Part shown: positions 47,618 to 57,042 of the stretch, piece after piece
Layout: each line of letters opens with the position of its first letter
How positions within the stretch are numbered: the first letter of the stretch is position 1
From: a virus
Length of the DNA stretch: 64,000 nucleotides
Strand: one strand, 5' to 3'
Virus record (IMG/VR): IMGVR_UViG_3300020469_005214
Span: 32,001-96,000 of that record
Notes under the pieces: model-generated
The model's database searches: none
What the model was told of the DNA's origin: nothing
What the model saw: only the letters and a program-made list of their open reading frames with translations
Translations under genes and position numbers: made by a program

Positions 47618-49096
47618 ATGCCAAAAGTTATCAGCGGTCCAAGTGACCAAAGTTTAGAGCGTAAATTTTTAGGAGGACTAATCCACAATGGGGTTGATGT
47701 CTGGATCGATATTTGCGACTTTATAAAAGAAGAAGACTTCACAAATAGTGGAGTTAGGATGTTGTTTAAGGTTTGTAGACTTCTTTTAGAAGAAAACAAA
47801 ACTCTAGATTCAGCTATCATATCTTCACGTTGCAAATCTCAGGGTATTACGATTCACGAGGGCAACATCGGTGATTTCATAGAAAATCTTTTGATTTCAC
47901 CCTTGAATGTAAAGTCAAGTGTTGAGGCGGCACAAGAGCTGATAATGCTTAGGATTCGTCGCAATAAAATAGAAAATGCTAGAGATATTGCTAAATTTTC
48001 TAAAGACTTTGAAGGAACCAATTTATCAGATTTTGCCAGTGGAGCTGAAGAAATCTTCTCTGGTGGCAACGATATTGTTCTCGACAAACACGAGCCAATT
48101 AATATCGCTCAAAGTGCCTATGAAATTGTAGAAGAACTTGGCAATAACGATGGAGAATACGTCATTAAGAGCCCTTGGCCTACCTTTAACGCCGCTTTCT
48201 CTGGCTTTAGACCCAAGGACTCATACTGCATAGCAGGAAGACCCTCACACGGCAAATCTGGAGTTCTACTTTCCCTCGCACAGTTTTGTGCCAATGAAAT
48301 TGAAGACAATTTTGTTGATGGGAAAAAACTACCAGTGTTATATTTAGATACTGAGATGGATGCCCAAGAACAGACTCTTAGATGGGCGGCGATGGTAGCT
48401 GATATCGATCCTTATTTGGTAGAAAGTGGCAAATGGAGAAATAATAAAGATTGTGTAGAAAAGATTAGAAATGTCCTTAAAGACAAGTCTTCTACTGACA
48501 ACTTTCATCACGTTTATGTGCCAGGTCTTTCGGCAATGGAAATTCGTTCTATTTTTCGTCGATGGGTTAGAAAAACTTGTGGTCGAGATAACGTAGGAAT
48601 TGTAGTTTTTGATTATCTAAAAATCACTGGAGAAGAGCTTAAGGGGGCATCAAATCCAAGACTTGAAATGGGCTATAAGCTTGATATGCTTAAGGATGAA
48701 ATTAAAGATAACTCTAACTGTACTTTTCTTTTTGGAGCACAAAGAAATAGATATGGGGAAGATGATGATAGTTCTATCGCAGAGTCAGATTATATTCAGC
48801 AACTTTCCACTTGGACTGGTCTGATTAAAAAGAAATCTATGGCTGAACTTGCAGAACAGCCAGCAAATGAATTCGGCACCCACATGTTAATACCTACAAA
48901 ATTTAGAAAGCTTGGTAAGGATGGTCAAAACTTTGAAAATCCAGTCAGAATTGAAGGAAAGTATTTGAGAAATTGGATCAATCTTGATTTCTCTAATTTT
49001 AGATTTAGAGATATGGACGACGGTAGGGCGGTTCAAGATTACTTAAGTTTGATTTCTTCTAATGGTGGGGATAACAACAGAAGACCGATGCCATAA
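47618..49096 (+). CDS. dnaB: Replicative DnaB-like helicase
   Basis: AGRPSHGKS; YLDTEM; VFDYLK; AQRNR. Confidence 0.9.
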   Translation: MPKVISGPSDQSLERKFLGGLIHNGVDVWIDICDFIKEEDFTNSGVRMLFKVCRLLLEENKTLDSAIISSRCKSQGITIHEGNIGDFIENLLISPLNVKSSVEAAQELIMLRIRRNKIENARDIAKFSKDFEGTNLSDFASGAEEIFSGGNDIVLDKHEPINIAQSAYEIVEELGNNDGEYVIKSPWPTFNAAFSGFRPKDSYCIAGRPSHGKSGVLLSLAQFCANEIEDNFVDGKKLPVLYLDTEMDAQEQTLRWAAMVADIDPYLVESGKWRNNKDCVEKIRNVLKDKSSTDNFHHVYVPGLSAMEIRSIFRRWVRKTCGRDNVGIVVFDYLKITGEELKGASNPRLEMGYKLDMLKDEIKDNSNCTFLFGAQRNRYGEDDDSSIAESDYIQQLSTWTGLIKKKSMAELAEQPANEFGTHMLIPTKFRKLGKDGQNFENPVRIEGKYLRNWINLDFSNFRFRDMDDGRAVQDYLSLISSNGGDNNRRPMP

Positions 49097-49108
49097 TTAA
49101 AATTTTTT

Positions 49109-50098
49109 ATGTCAAACGTTAAGCAAATTCTTAGAAATCATGGGATCAAAATAGTCAGCGAGAACGATTCGGGTTTCGCTCAGTTTTGTCCGTCCTATCG
49201 AAACTCTAAAAATCCGATGGGAGCTTCTATCAATCTTAAGACTGGTTGGGTTACTGATTGGAGTCAGGATGAAAGGTTTTCATTAGATGTTTTAATTAAA
49301 AAACTCGGAGGTAAGGCACTTTCAAAAAAAGACCTAGAAAATTTACAGCCAGTATTCGAACAATCTGATGAAAAAGAAAAGACGTTTTGGAAAAAAGATT
49401 CTCTTATACATTTTTTACCAAACCATACTTACTGGCTAGATAGAGGGGTATCTAAAGAGACTCTAGACTTTTTTCAAGGCGGAGTATCTCACAGTGGTAA
49501 ATTGTATCAGCGTTACGTATGGCCAGTTTTTGATCGTCACCAAAGAATTATTGGTTTTACAGGCAGAGATTTGAGTGGAGAGGCTAAAATTAAATATAAG
49601 CACGAGGGAAAAAGTTCTTATTTTCTTTTTGGTTTATTTAATAAGCTTGCCGATTCTACTCCTATACTTTCTAGCATTTTAGAAACTAATGAAGTTATTC
49701 TTGTCGAGGGGCCATCGGATTCAGTTGCTTGTTATGACGAGGGGGTTAAATTTGTAATCCCAACAATTGGCTTGAATATTTCTAAAACACTACTGAGTTT
49801 TCTCATAGGAATAAATCCAGATAAAATTACTATCTCTTATAATAGGGATGATAACTTTTCGGGTCAAAATGCGGCTGTTAAAAACTTTGCAAAACTAGCA
49901 CAACACTTCGACATCAAAAACTTGGCTATTAAGTACCCAACAGGCAATGATCTAGCAGATAATAAAAAAGATATTCAAAGTTGGGTTGATAAGAATGACG
50001 ATTCTGCCATATTAGAGTTTCGAGAAAAATTTAAAAGATTAAAAAACAAAAATAAAAATATGACCCAACAAGAAATTAAAGTGGGAAAAATGTTTTAA
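49109..50098 (+). CDS. dnaG: DnaG-like primase (TOPRIM)
   Basis: IIGFTGR; KYKH; VILVEGPSD; YNRD...GQNAA. Confidence 0.85.
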   Translation: MSNVKQILRNHGIKIVSENDSGFAQFCPSYRNSKNPMGASINLKTGWVTDWSQDERFSLDVLIKKLGGKALSKKDLENLQPVFEQSDEKEKTFWKKDSLIHFLPNHTYWLDRGVSKETLDFFQGGVSHSGKLYQRYVWPVFDRHQRIIGFTGRDLSGEAKIKYKHEGKSSYFLFGLFNKLADSTPILSSILETNEVILVEGPSDSVACYDEGVKFVIPTIGLNISKTLLSFLIGINPDKITISYNRDDNFSGQNAAVKNFAKLAQHFDIKNLAIKYPTGNDLADNKKDIQSWVDKNDDSAILEFREKFKRLKNKNKNMTQQEIKVGKMF

Positions 50099-50105
50099 TA
50101 GCAAA

Positions 50106-50363
50106 ATGATTATATTAATTAAAATAATAATAACTTATATATTGGTTGGATTTCTTTTTTGTATATCCGAAACAAGATATAGAAACTATCTGCTATTAAA
50201 ACTAAGTATGAGGTCTTTGAAAGGTGAAGAATATGATCATATGCAAGAGATGTCTAAATTATATTTAGAAAAAGTTCCTTATAGTCGCTTAAGAGGGATA
50301 AGTTCTTTGTTTTTCGCTCCAGTTTTGATAGCTTATATAATGATTCGTTATGGAAAAAAATAA
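50106..50363 (+). CDS. Small membrane protein
   Basis: Two hydrophobic segments. Confidence 0.6.
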   Translation: MIILIKIIITYILVGFLFCISETRYRNYLLLKLSMRSLKGEEYDHMQEMSKLYLEKVPYSRLRGISSLFFAPVLIAYIMIRYGKK

Positions 50364-50841
50364 AACTAAATTAGGTATATTCTGTTCTTCTTCTTTTAAA
50401 AACTACCCTTTTATTGAAGGAATTTTAAATAAAAAGGTCGAAGAAATTGGATTGATTATTTCTAATAATTCTGGTTATAAATTACCAGAGAAATATTCTT
50501 GCGAAAAAAATATTCCAATGCTGTCTTACCCGATTGGTAAAAATTTAAATGCACTAAAGGCTAACGAACTTATAATTAAAGCTTCTGATTGCGTTTTAAT
50601 TATTGATGATGGTAATTCTAAAAATAATCATACGGTTCAAAAAAAGTGCAAGGTAATAAACAAAAAGTTTACATTTATTAACGCTCCAATTGAAGATACA
50701 ATTTTAGATGCGGTCAAAGATTTCTTTGATACATTTGAAAAGTCTAAGGAAGACGATTTTAAAGATTGGGTTTGCGGTTCAAAAAGAGGTTTTGACAAGT
50801 TAATAAAATTGCAGGAAAAATACCAAAAGCTGATCAAATAA
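50350..50841 (+). CDS. SLOG/DUF2493-like protein (divergent)
   Basis: SSFKNY; NELIIKASDCVLIIDDGNSKN pattern. Confidence 0.45.
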   Translation: MEKNKTKLGIFCSSSFKNYPFIEGILNKKVEEIGLIISNNSGYKLPEKYSCEKNIPMLSYPIGKNLNALKANELIIKASDCVLIIDDGNSKNNHTVQKKCKVINKKFTFINAPIEDTILDAVKDFFDTFEKSKEDDFKDWVCGSKRGFDKLIKLQEKYQKLIK

Positions 50842-50843
50842 TC

Positions 50844-51875
50844 ATGAGTGATAAAAAAGAATTCGCTCTTTCGCCTAGTCGTATAATGAGTTATTTGAAG
50901 TGTTCATATGTATACTATATGGAAAACACACTTATGTTAGATAGTGGCAAGAATTTTGGTAATATGAGAGGGAGCGTTCTCCATGATGCATGTGAACTTT
51001 TGATTAGAGAAAAATATAAAGACAGGGTTCAGAAAATTATTGATAACGGTAGCGTATCAAGCGATGATGCTATCATCAGATATTTAAGAATTAAAGCGTA
51101 TCAACAAGGAATAAGAGACGAGTTTGACCATAAGGGCAATAATAATTTTGAAATGATTTGCGATATGCTATATGTTGTTCTTTCGAATGACTTTTATTGC
51201 GAAGGTTGGGATATAGATTATGACAATCTTGAGGTTAAATTCACACTTAGAAGCGAGAAGCCAGAATACGTAATTCGCGGTCTGATTGATAAGCCAGTCA
51301 AAAAGGATGGAGTATACAAGATTTTAGATTACAAATCTAGTCAGTCCAAAAAATCTAAAAAAGATTTAGAAATGGAAATACAGGCTTTGTGTTACATTTT
51401 GTATTGTATTAGGGGCTTGAAAGCTAAGGATGCTACCGTAGACTTTGTTTTTGCTCGCTTTCCAGATGACCCAATAGATCGCATTGAAAATATATCCAAA
51501 AAAGAATTACAAGGATTTGAGCATTACTTATCAGACTTATATTTTCATTTGAAAAATTTCGACGAGGACAGGGCATCAGAAAATCTTGCGGCAGACCTGG
51601 GATATACTAAAGATGGCGGATTCGAAGGCAGAGTTATGTGCGGATATGCTCAGTATGAGGGACATTGCTACCCAGAAACACACAAGGACAAAGACAAAAG
51701 AGGTAAGCCATATTACTGTTGCCCATACAAATTTGAATTTACTTATTATTCTCAAAGAGATGCCGATGGAAATATTATAAAATCTAGTAAAAATTTAGAG
51801 AATTTAGAAGAAGTCGGAAAATATTATATTACAGAAGAACACCATGATGGGTGTCCCGCATTTAAATCTATTTGA
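50844..51875 (+). CDS. PD-(D/E)XK RecB/Cas4-like exonuclease
   Basis: LSPSRI..YLKC; GSVLH; RGLID; ILDYKS; QALCY. Confidence 0.85.
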   Translation: MSDKKEFALSPSRIMSYLKCSYVYYMENTLMLDSGKNFGNMRGSVLHDACELLIREKYKDRVQKIIDNGSVSSDDAIIRYLRIKAYQQGIRDEFDHKGNNNFEMICDMLYVVLSNDFYCEGWDIDYDNLEVKFTLRSEKPEYVIRGLIDKPVKKDGVYKILDYKSSQSKKSKKDLEMEIQALCYILYCIRGLKAKDATVDFVFARFPDDPIDRIENISKKELQGFEHYLSDLYFHLKNFDEDRASENLAADLGYTKDGGFEGRVMCGYAQYEGHCYPETHKDKDKRGKPYYCCPYKFEFTYYSQRDADGNIIKSSKNLENLEEVGKYYITEEHHDGCPAFKSI

Positions 51876-51911
51876 TATTCTCTTTTTCGCGTAAAATCTG
51901 TAATATTATGT

Positions 51912-52265
51912 ATGAGGGTTTTATTTCTTATTTTGCTCTTAACTGGTTGTGCAACAAAAAATCAGCCTCCTAGAAATATATTTTTTTATGAAATCCCAAA
52001 CACTGGCAGTATGGAGCCAGCATTATCTGGAGGCGATATTGTTTACATAGATTCTTCGTTTGAGTATAAAGATCTCAAAATTGGGGACGTGGTAGCTTAT
52101 CGTGATGATAAATATGGTATGAGTAATGGTATTTTACATAGAATTGTAAAAAATTCTCCGCCCAAAGAGTGGGTAGTTAAAGGAGATAATAACAGAGACG
52201 TTGACAGGTATAATCTTAATGAAGAAAGTTATCATGGTAAATTAATTAGGGTTGATTTTAAGTAA
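51912..52265 (+). CDS. S26 signal peptidase I (SipW/archaeal-type) with lipoprotein signal
   Basis: Lipobox LLTGC; TGSMEP; GDIV; LHRIV; VKGDNN. Confidence 0.85.
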   Translation: MRVLFLILLLTGCATKNQPPRNIFFYEIPNTGSMEPALSGGDIVYIDSSFEYKDLKIGDVVAYRDDKYGMSNGILHRIVKNSPPKEWVVKGDNNRDVDRYNLNEESYHGKLIRVDFK

Positions 52266-52285
52266 TTATATTTGATCATAACTTT

Positions 52286-53062
52286 ATGATTCTAGTTATA
52301 GGAGAAAATATTACAGATATATTTGTTTATTGCAGTTCAAAAAGGCTGTCTCCAGAAGCTTGCTGTCCAGTATTGATTCCTGAAAATAAAATTTTAAATT
52401 CCGGGGGAGCTGGAAATGTTGTTGAAAACTTAAAATCTTTAAAAAATAAAAGTGTTATTGCAATTCATCAAAATAAAGAAATAACCAAAACTCGATATAT
52501 TGTTGGAAATCAACATATTATGAGATATGATGAAAATGATACATGTCAAAACTTAAAAATGCAAGACCTGCAGTATAGTCTTTCCCGAAAGGGATTAAGG
52601 CTGTCTGGGTTTGAAGCGATAGTAATTTCCAGTTACTCAAAAGGGTTCGTAACGCCCAAGTTAATAGAAGATATAAGAAATGGCTATGATGGCTTGATTT
52701 TTATTGATACCAAAGATAAAAAGGGGGATTGGTGTGAATTCGTAGACTTTATAAAAATAAATGATAAAGAGTGGCTTGACAATTTCGATTCAAAATACGA
52801 AGGAAGTGCTAATATTTTTGTTACAAAAGGATCACAAGGTGTTGACTGGATAAACAAAAATAAAACCTTTAAGGTTGATCCCATTGAGGTTGCTGATTTT
52901 GTAGGGGCAGGGGATTCATTCTTCTCTGGCTTTATTACAAAATACTTAGATTCGAAGAATGTAGAAAAAAGTCTTGACTTTGCTAATAAATGTGCTAGAG
53001 TATCAGTAAGTAAAAAAGGGGTGGTCTGCGTTAAAGCAGAAGAAATTGATAAATATGATTAA
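52286..53062 (+). CDS. hldA: D-glycero-D-manno-heptose-7-phosphate kinase (RfaE domain I/HldA, PfkB family)
   Basis: RLSPEACCPV; GGAGNV; ITKTR; SSYSKG; DFVGAGDSF. Confidence 0.85.
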   Translation: MILVIGENITDIFVYCSSKRLSPEACCPVLIPENKILNSGGAGNVVENLKSLKNKSVIAIHQNKEITKTRYIVGNQHIMRYDENDTCQNLKMQDLQYSLSRKGLRLSGFEAIVISSYSKGFVTPKLIEDIRNGYDGLIFIDTKDKKGDWCEFVDFIKINDKEWLDNFDSKYEGSANIFVTKGSQGVDWINKNKTFKVDPIEVADFVGAGDSFFSGFITKYLDSKNVEKSLDFANKCARVSVSKKGVVCVKAEEIDKYD

Positions 53063-53471
53063 AAATTTAAATATATCTTTTTGTGCTGGCTGTTTTGATG
53101 GTTCATATCTGCACGATGGTCACAAATATTTAATAAGTAAAATGGTAGAGCATTCTAACTATCAAGTTATTGGTTTAAATTCTGATGATTATATAAAAAG
53201 ACATAAGAGAGAGCCAATCTGTCAAGAAGATGAAAGAAAAAACCGATTATTAAAATTAGGAGTTGATGAAGTAGTGATTTTCGACGAAGACTCACCAATA
53301 AAAATAATTAAAACAATTGAGCCTCATAGTATTTTTGTGGGAAATGATTATACTCTAGATCGTGTAGTTGGATATCCCGACTGCAAAGAGTGGGGAGGGG
53401 AAGTTCGAATCATAGATCGAATAAACGACATATCAACAACAAATATAATTAATGAAACTAATTTACCTTGA
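53055..53471 (+). CDS. hldC: Heptose-1-phosphate adenylyltransferase (RfaE domain II/HldC)
   Basis: GCFD..LHDGH; GLNSD; VDEVVIFDEDSP; GNDY; ISTTNII. Confidence 0.85.
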   Translation: MIKNLNISFCAGCFDGSYLHDGHKYLISKMVEHSNYQVIGLNSDDYIKRHKREPICQEDERKNRLLKLGVDEVVIFDEDSPIKIIKTIEPHSIFVGNDYTLDRVVGYPDCKEWGGEVRIIDRINDISTTNIINETNLP

Positions 53472-53985
53472 TTTAGATGGAGTTTGTGCAGATTTTACAA
53501 AGAATGTTTCTCAAATATTCAACTTCAAAGACACTTCAGTAAATTTGCCAGAAAAGAATGCCCCTTGGACTTACGAGGGCGAAGATCGTGATCGATTAGA
53601 TGTCGTGATGGAGTCATATGATTTTTGGATGAATCTATATCCTTACACTTGGTCTAGAAGTTTAGTTGAATTATGCCAAAGATATGGGGATACTAGATTT
53701 TTATCTAAAGCTCGTCCTAATTCTGGCTGTATGGCAGGTAAAATGGATTGGATTTTAAAATATTTTCCAGAGATGGAATATAAAACCGTCTTGACAACTC
53801 AAGACAAATGGGTATGTTCTGATCATAACAGCTTTCTTATAGACGATGACCTTCGACATAAAGAAGAATGGATTAATAGAGGTGGTCATTATTATCATTG
53901 GGCAGAATTAAAGGGTTGCGAAGAAGGAAACGCAATAGCAAAAGAAAGAATAATTCAATTAGAAAAATTTTTGAGTCACCTATGA
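53452..53985 (+). CDS. HAD phosphatase, 5'(3')-deoxyribonucleotidase (NT5C)-like
   Basis: YLDLDGVCADF; GKMDW; LIDD. Confidence 0.8.
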   Translation: MKLIYLDLDGVCADFTKNVSQIFNFKDTSVNLPEKNAPWTYEGEDRDRLDVVMESYDFWMNLYPYTWSRSLVELCQRYGDTRFLSKARPNSGCMAGKMDWILKYFPEMEYKTVLTTQDKWVCSDHNSFLIDDDLRHKEEWINRGGHYYHWAELKGCEEGNAIAKERIIQLEKFLSHL

Positions 53986-54155
53986 GCAAAACTATAACAG
54001 CTAAACCGAATATAATTTATTATATTCACGAAAAAACTTTAAAAGCACATGAAGAAGGCAAAATAATCTTCAAACATGAGGACGAAGACAGCGAGTTAAA
54101 AGTAGAGGTTTGCGGAAGATTGGCAAACGGATACAACATTAAATTACATGATTAA
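53982..54155 (+). CDS. Hypothetical protein
   Basis: ATGA overlap with the upstream stop; start moved to MSKTIT. Confidence 0.5.
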   Translation: MSKTITAKPNIIYYIHEKTLKAHEEGKIIFKHEDEDSELKVEVCGRLANGYNIKLHD

Positions 54156-55413
54156 AAAACCAAAAATAGTAAATAAAAATTGGGGTGGCGAAATTCACTG
54201 GACTAACAATATTAATTATTGTGGAAAGACTTTAGTTTTAAAAAAGGGTTGCCATTGTAGCCTTCATTCTCATTGGAAGCGTGAACACTTTTTAATTCAA
54301 AGTGGTAATGTAAGATTAGCCTTGGAGAAGCGTCTACTGGGAAAAGAAGGTATTGGTCAGATTGTTTTCTTTGACTTGGTTAAGGGTGATTGCATTGAAA
54401 TACCACGCGAATCTTGGCATACATTCTATGGACTTACTGATAGTGAAATTATTGAGTTCTCAACTCCAGACGAAGAATCAAAAAGGCTTTTTCCAAGCGG
54501 TCGTAATGATATTTCAGTTTGGGAAAAATTAGTTTTAGAAACTCAAAAAAATGAGAACATGAAAACGATACTAGTAACTGGGTCGGAAGGCTTTATCGGT
54601 TCTAGGTTTGTAGATCTCAACAAAGACAAATATAGAATTTTTACTTTAAATAAATCAGACACAAAAAGCTTATTAGAAGAATCTGCTAATTTTGAATCTT
54701 TGTCTTGGGTCGATGCTGAAAGCCAAAAAACCTATAAGTTTTCAGAGATCGATTCAGTTTTTCACTTTGGAGCTGAAACAGATACTACTTCAAGCAACAC
54801 CCAAGAATATTTTAAATATAACTGTTTATTTACTAATCGTCTCATTGATGAGTGTTATGAAAACAATATACCTTTGATATTTTCTTCTTCAGCGTCTCTT
54901 TATGGATCTGGGGATGATATTCCTCTTAATCTTTACGCTTGGAGCAAGTGGACAAGCGAACAATATGGGATTGAAAAAGCTAGTAGAAGTCCTTCTTTTA
55001 ATAAGTGGCAGTTCACGGCCTTGCGTTACTTCAATGTCTATGGTATTGGCGAACATAATAAAAATATTAAAATGACTTCTCTTGTATATCAGAATCTTAA
55101 AAATAACAATATCAAGTTATTTACTGGCAAACCTGTTAGAGATTTTATATTTGTGGATGACATAGTATCCGCTAACATTCACGCTTTTGAAACCGAACAG
55201 TGTGGGGTATTTGATGTGGGCTCTTGCTCTCCAAGAAGCTTCGAAGATATTGCGAACTGTCTTGGTGCCGAAATAGAATATATAGATAATCCCATAAAAG
55301 ACCAGTATCAATTTTATACGTGTGCTGATAAAACAAAAACTCTTGACAATTGGTCTGCTGACTATAATTTAGAAAGCGGAATCAAAAAAATGAAGAAGTA
55401 TTATAACAAATGA
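54148..55413 (+). CDS. hldD: Cupin fused to ADP-L-glycero-D-manno-heptose 6-epimerase (HldD-like SDR)
   Basis: KNWGGE..YCGK..SLHSH cupin; ILVTGSEGFIG, FHFGAETDT, SSASLYG, NLYAWSK, LRYFNVYG, RDFIFVDD. Confidence 0.85.
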   Translation: MIKKPKIVNKNWGGEIHWTNNINYCGKTLVLKKGCHCSLHSHWKREHFLIQSGNVRLALEKRLLGKEGIGQIVFFDLVKGDCIEIPRESWHTFYGLTDSEIIEFSTPDEESKRLFPSGRNDISVWEKLVLETQKNENMKTILVTGSEGFIGSRFVDLNKDKYRIFTLNKSDTKSLLEESANFESLSWVDAESQKTYKFSEIDSVFHFGAETDTTSSNTQEYFKYNCLFTNRLIDECYENNIPLIFSSSASLYGSGDDIPLNLYAWSKWTSEQYGIEKASRSPSFNKWQFTALRYFNVYGIGEHNKNIKMTSLVYQNLKNNNIKLFTGKPVRDFIFVDDIVSANIHAFETEQCGVFDVGSCSPRSFEDIANCLGAEIEYIDNPIKDQYQFYTCADKTKTLDNWSADYNLESGIKKMKKYYNK

Positions 55414-55784
55414 GCCTAAACTTTTATCAAACATGCCCAACAATTGATCAGGGGATTGCCGAGTGCAAAGATATCATTGAAAAATATTTAGATGATCTAG
55501 TTAATGACGTAAATCCTGAATTTTATTCAGCCGAAAAGGGAAAAGATAAAAATAAGATCGTTGAATCTGTTAGAGACATGCTGTATAACGATATAGAACA
55601 TATTTTTGAGTCTGTTAGAGAAACAAATGTCAAAATGAGGGAGGTAGCTGATGAGCAAATTCGTGAGTTAGAGTACGAAGCCGAAGAGCTTAGCTGTGAA
55701 CTTGAAGATTTAAAAATAGAGCATGAGCAAGCAGAAAAGCAGATTCTAGATATAGAAATTGACAAAGAAGATACCTTTGATTAG
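55410..55784 (+). CDS. Coiled-coil hypothetical protein
   Basis: TCPTID...ESVRETNVKMRE. Confidence 0.65.
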   Translation: MSLNFYQTCPTIDQGIAECKDIIEKYLDDLVNDVNPEFYSAEKGKDKNKIVESVRDMLYNDIEHIFESVRETNVKMREVADEQIRELEYEAEELSCELEDLKIEHEQAEKQILDIEIDKEDTFD

Positions 55785-55800
55785 TTTTATATAAGGCTAT

Positions 55801-56505
55801 ATGATAAAAGCAGACACGGGGCAAAATTTACTCAGGTATAATTTAAATAATTATAAGTTTTTATGCTATGATTATGAGACTGAGTCACTATGCCTTGTTG
55901 GTAACAATAAGCCTTGGGAAGTAGGCTACATAACTGTAGAGGGTGGCAAAATTACTTCTGAACATAATCGAAATATTTGGTGGGAAGATTTAAATATTTC
56001 TGATGATGCTTCTAGAATTACTCGTTTCAATTATGAAAATTACAAGAAATCTGCAGAAAATGCCGATTTAGTTCTTAGTGATTTTGAGAATGAGCTTTAT
56101 GATCCTAAGACTATTAATATCACTTATAATGGTTTGAATTTTGATATGTATTTGCATCAGTTATGGAGAAAGAAACTTGGCAAAGATATCGATTGGACTT
56201 TCTTACCTCGTTCTATTGATATTCTAGCATTGTCTAGGGCTTATCGAATGGAGATGGAGCCTCCAGAGGATTGGGAGAATTTTTTCTCTTGGCAATTTAA
56301 ATTGGCTAATTATTTTAGTGATAGTAGAACAAGAGCTTCTCGTAAGTTACCAAGTTGCACTTTAAAAAAGATGTGCGAAGAACTCGACATTGAATTTGAC
56401 GATGGACAAGCTCACGGAGGACTTTATGATGTGCATAAAACTTGGGAAGTTTTTAAACAGTTGATTAGGAAAATGGAAATAACCACTAAACATCTATACA
56501 TTTAA
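55801..56505 (+). CDS. dnaQ: DEDDh 3'-5' exonuclease (DNA Pol III epsilon-like)
   Basis: YDYETESL; YNGLNFD; AHGGLYDV. Confidence 0.85.
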   Translation: MIKADTGQNLLRYNLNNYKFLCYDYETESLCLVGNNKPWEVGYITVEGGKITSEHNRNIWWEDLNISDDASRITRFNYENYKKSAENADLVLSDFENELYDPKTINITYNGLNFDMYLHQLWRKKLGKDIDWTFLPRSIDILALSRAYRMEMEPPEDWENFFSWQFKLANYFSDSRTRASRKLPSCTLKKMCEELDIEFDDGQAHGGLYDVHKTWEVFKQLIRKMEITTKHLYI

Positions 56506-56515
56506 AACAAACTAC

Positions 56516-56544
56516 TTGACAATATGGTGTAGCGATGCTACTAT
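56516..56544 (+). promoter_or_regulatory. sigma70-type promoter
   Basis: TTGACA-N17-TACTAT followed by an A-rich leader. Confidence 0.7.
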
Positions 56545-56589
56545 TATTTGTAGGACTTAAAACAAAAAACAAAATATAAAAACATAATT

Positions 56590-57042
56590 ATGGCAAAGAA
56601 ATCATTTAAATTAGAAGACGTAGAATTTGTATGCGACAAAAATCAGCTTGAGTCAGACAAGCGACAGGCTGTGATAAACGACCTTAAAGCTATGCTTGAG
56701 GAAGAACAAGAGCAAGAAGAGACTGACAAGGTAGAGTATAAGATTGTTGGTCTATTCCCCGATGGCGAAGGTTATGATAAAATTCCTATCCAAGACAGAG
56801 TAATAATCCCTATTAAATTACCAGTAGAATCTGATACTGCGACTTTGCAAGATCATATGGTAATTGCCGCAACAAAACATAATGAAAGTCGTAGATCTAA
56901 AAAGCAGGGCAAAGTTTTTACACTTAACGACTTATTAACAAAGGCAACAAAAAAGAATTTGACAGAAGAAGGAATCAAGGTTCAGTGTGAGGGTCGTTTT
57001 GAAATTGTACCTTGCAATCCTCAGCTTATTGAAGAGAAATAA
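56590..57042 (+). CDS. Hypothetical protein
   Basis: ORF with own promoter. Confidence 0.7.
   Translation: MAKKSFKLEDVEFVCDKNQLESDKRQAVINDLKAMLEEEQEQEETDKVEYKIVGLFPDGEGYDKIPIQDRVIIPIKLPVESDTATLQDHMVIAATKHNESRRSKKQGKVFTLNDLLTKATKKNLTEEGIKVQCEGRFEIVPCNPQLIEEK

Noticed and set aside
18576-55413. Bacterial LPS locus or cellular chromosome
   Set aside because: Sugar genes are interspersed with phage-type replication, RNR, sigma and virion genes; no ribosomal or housekeeping operons
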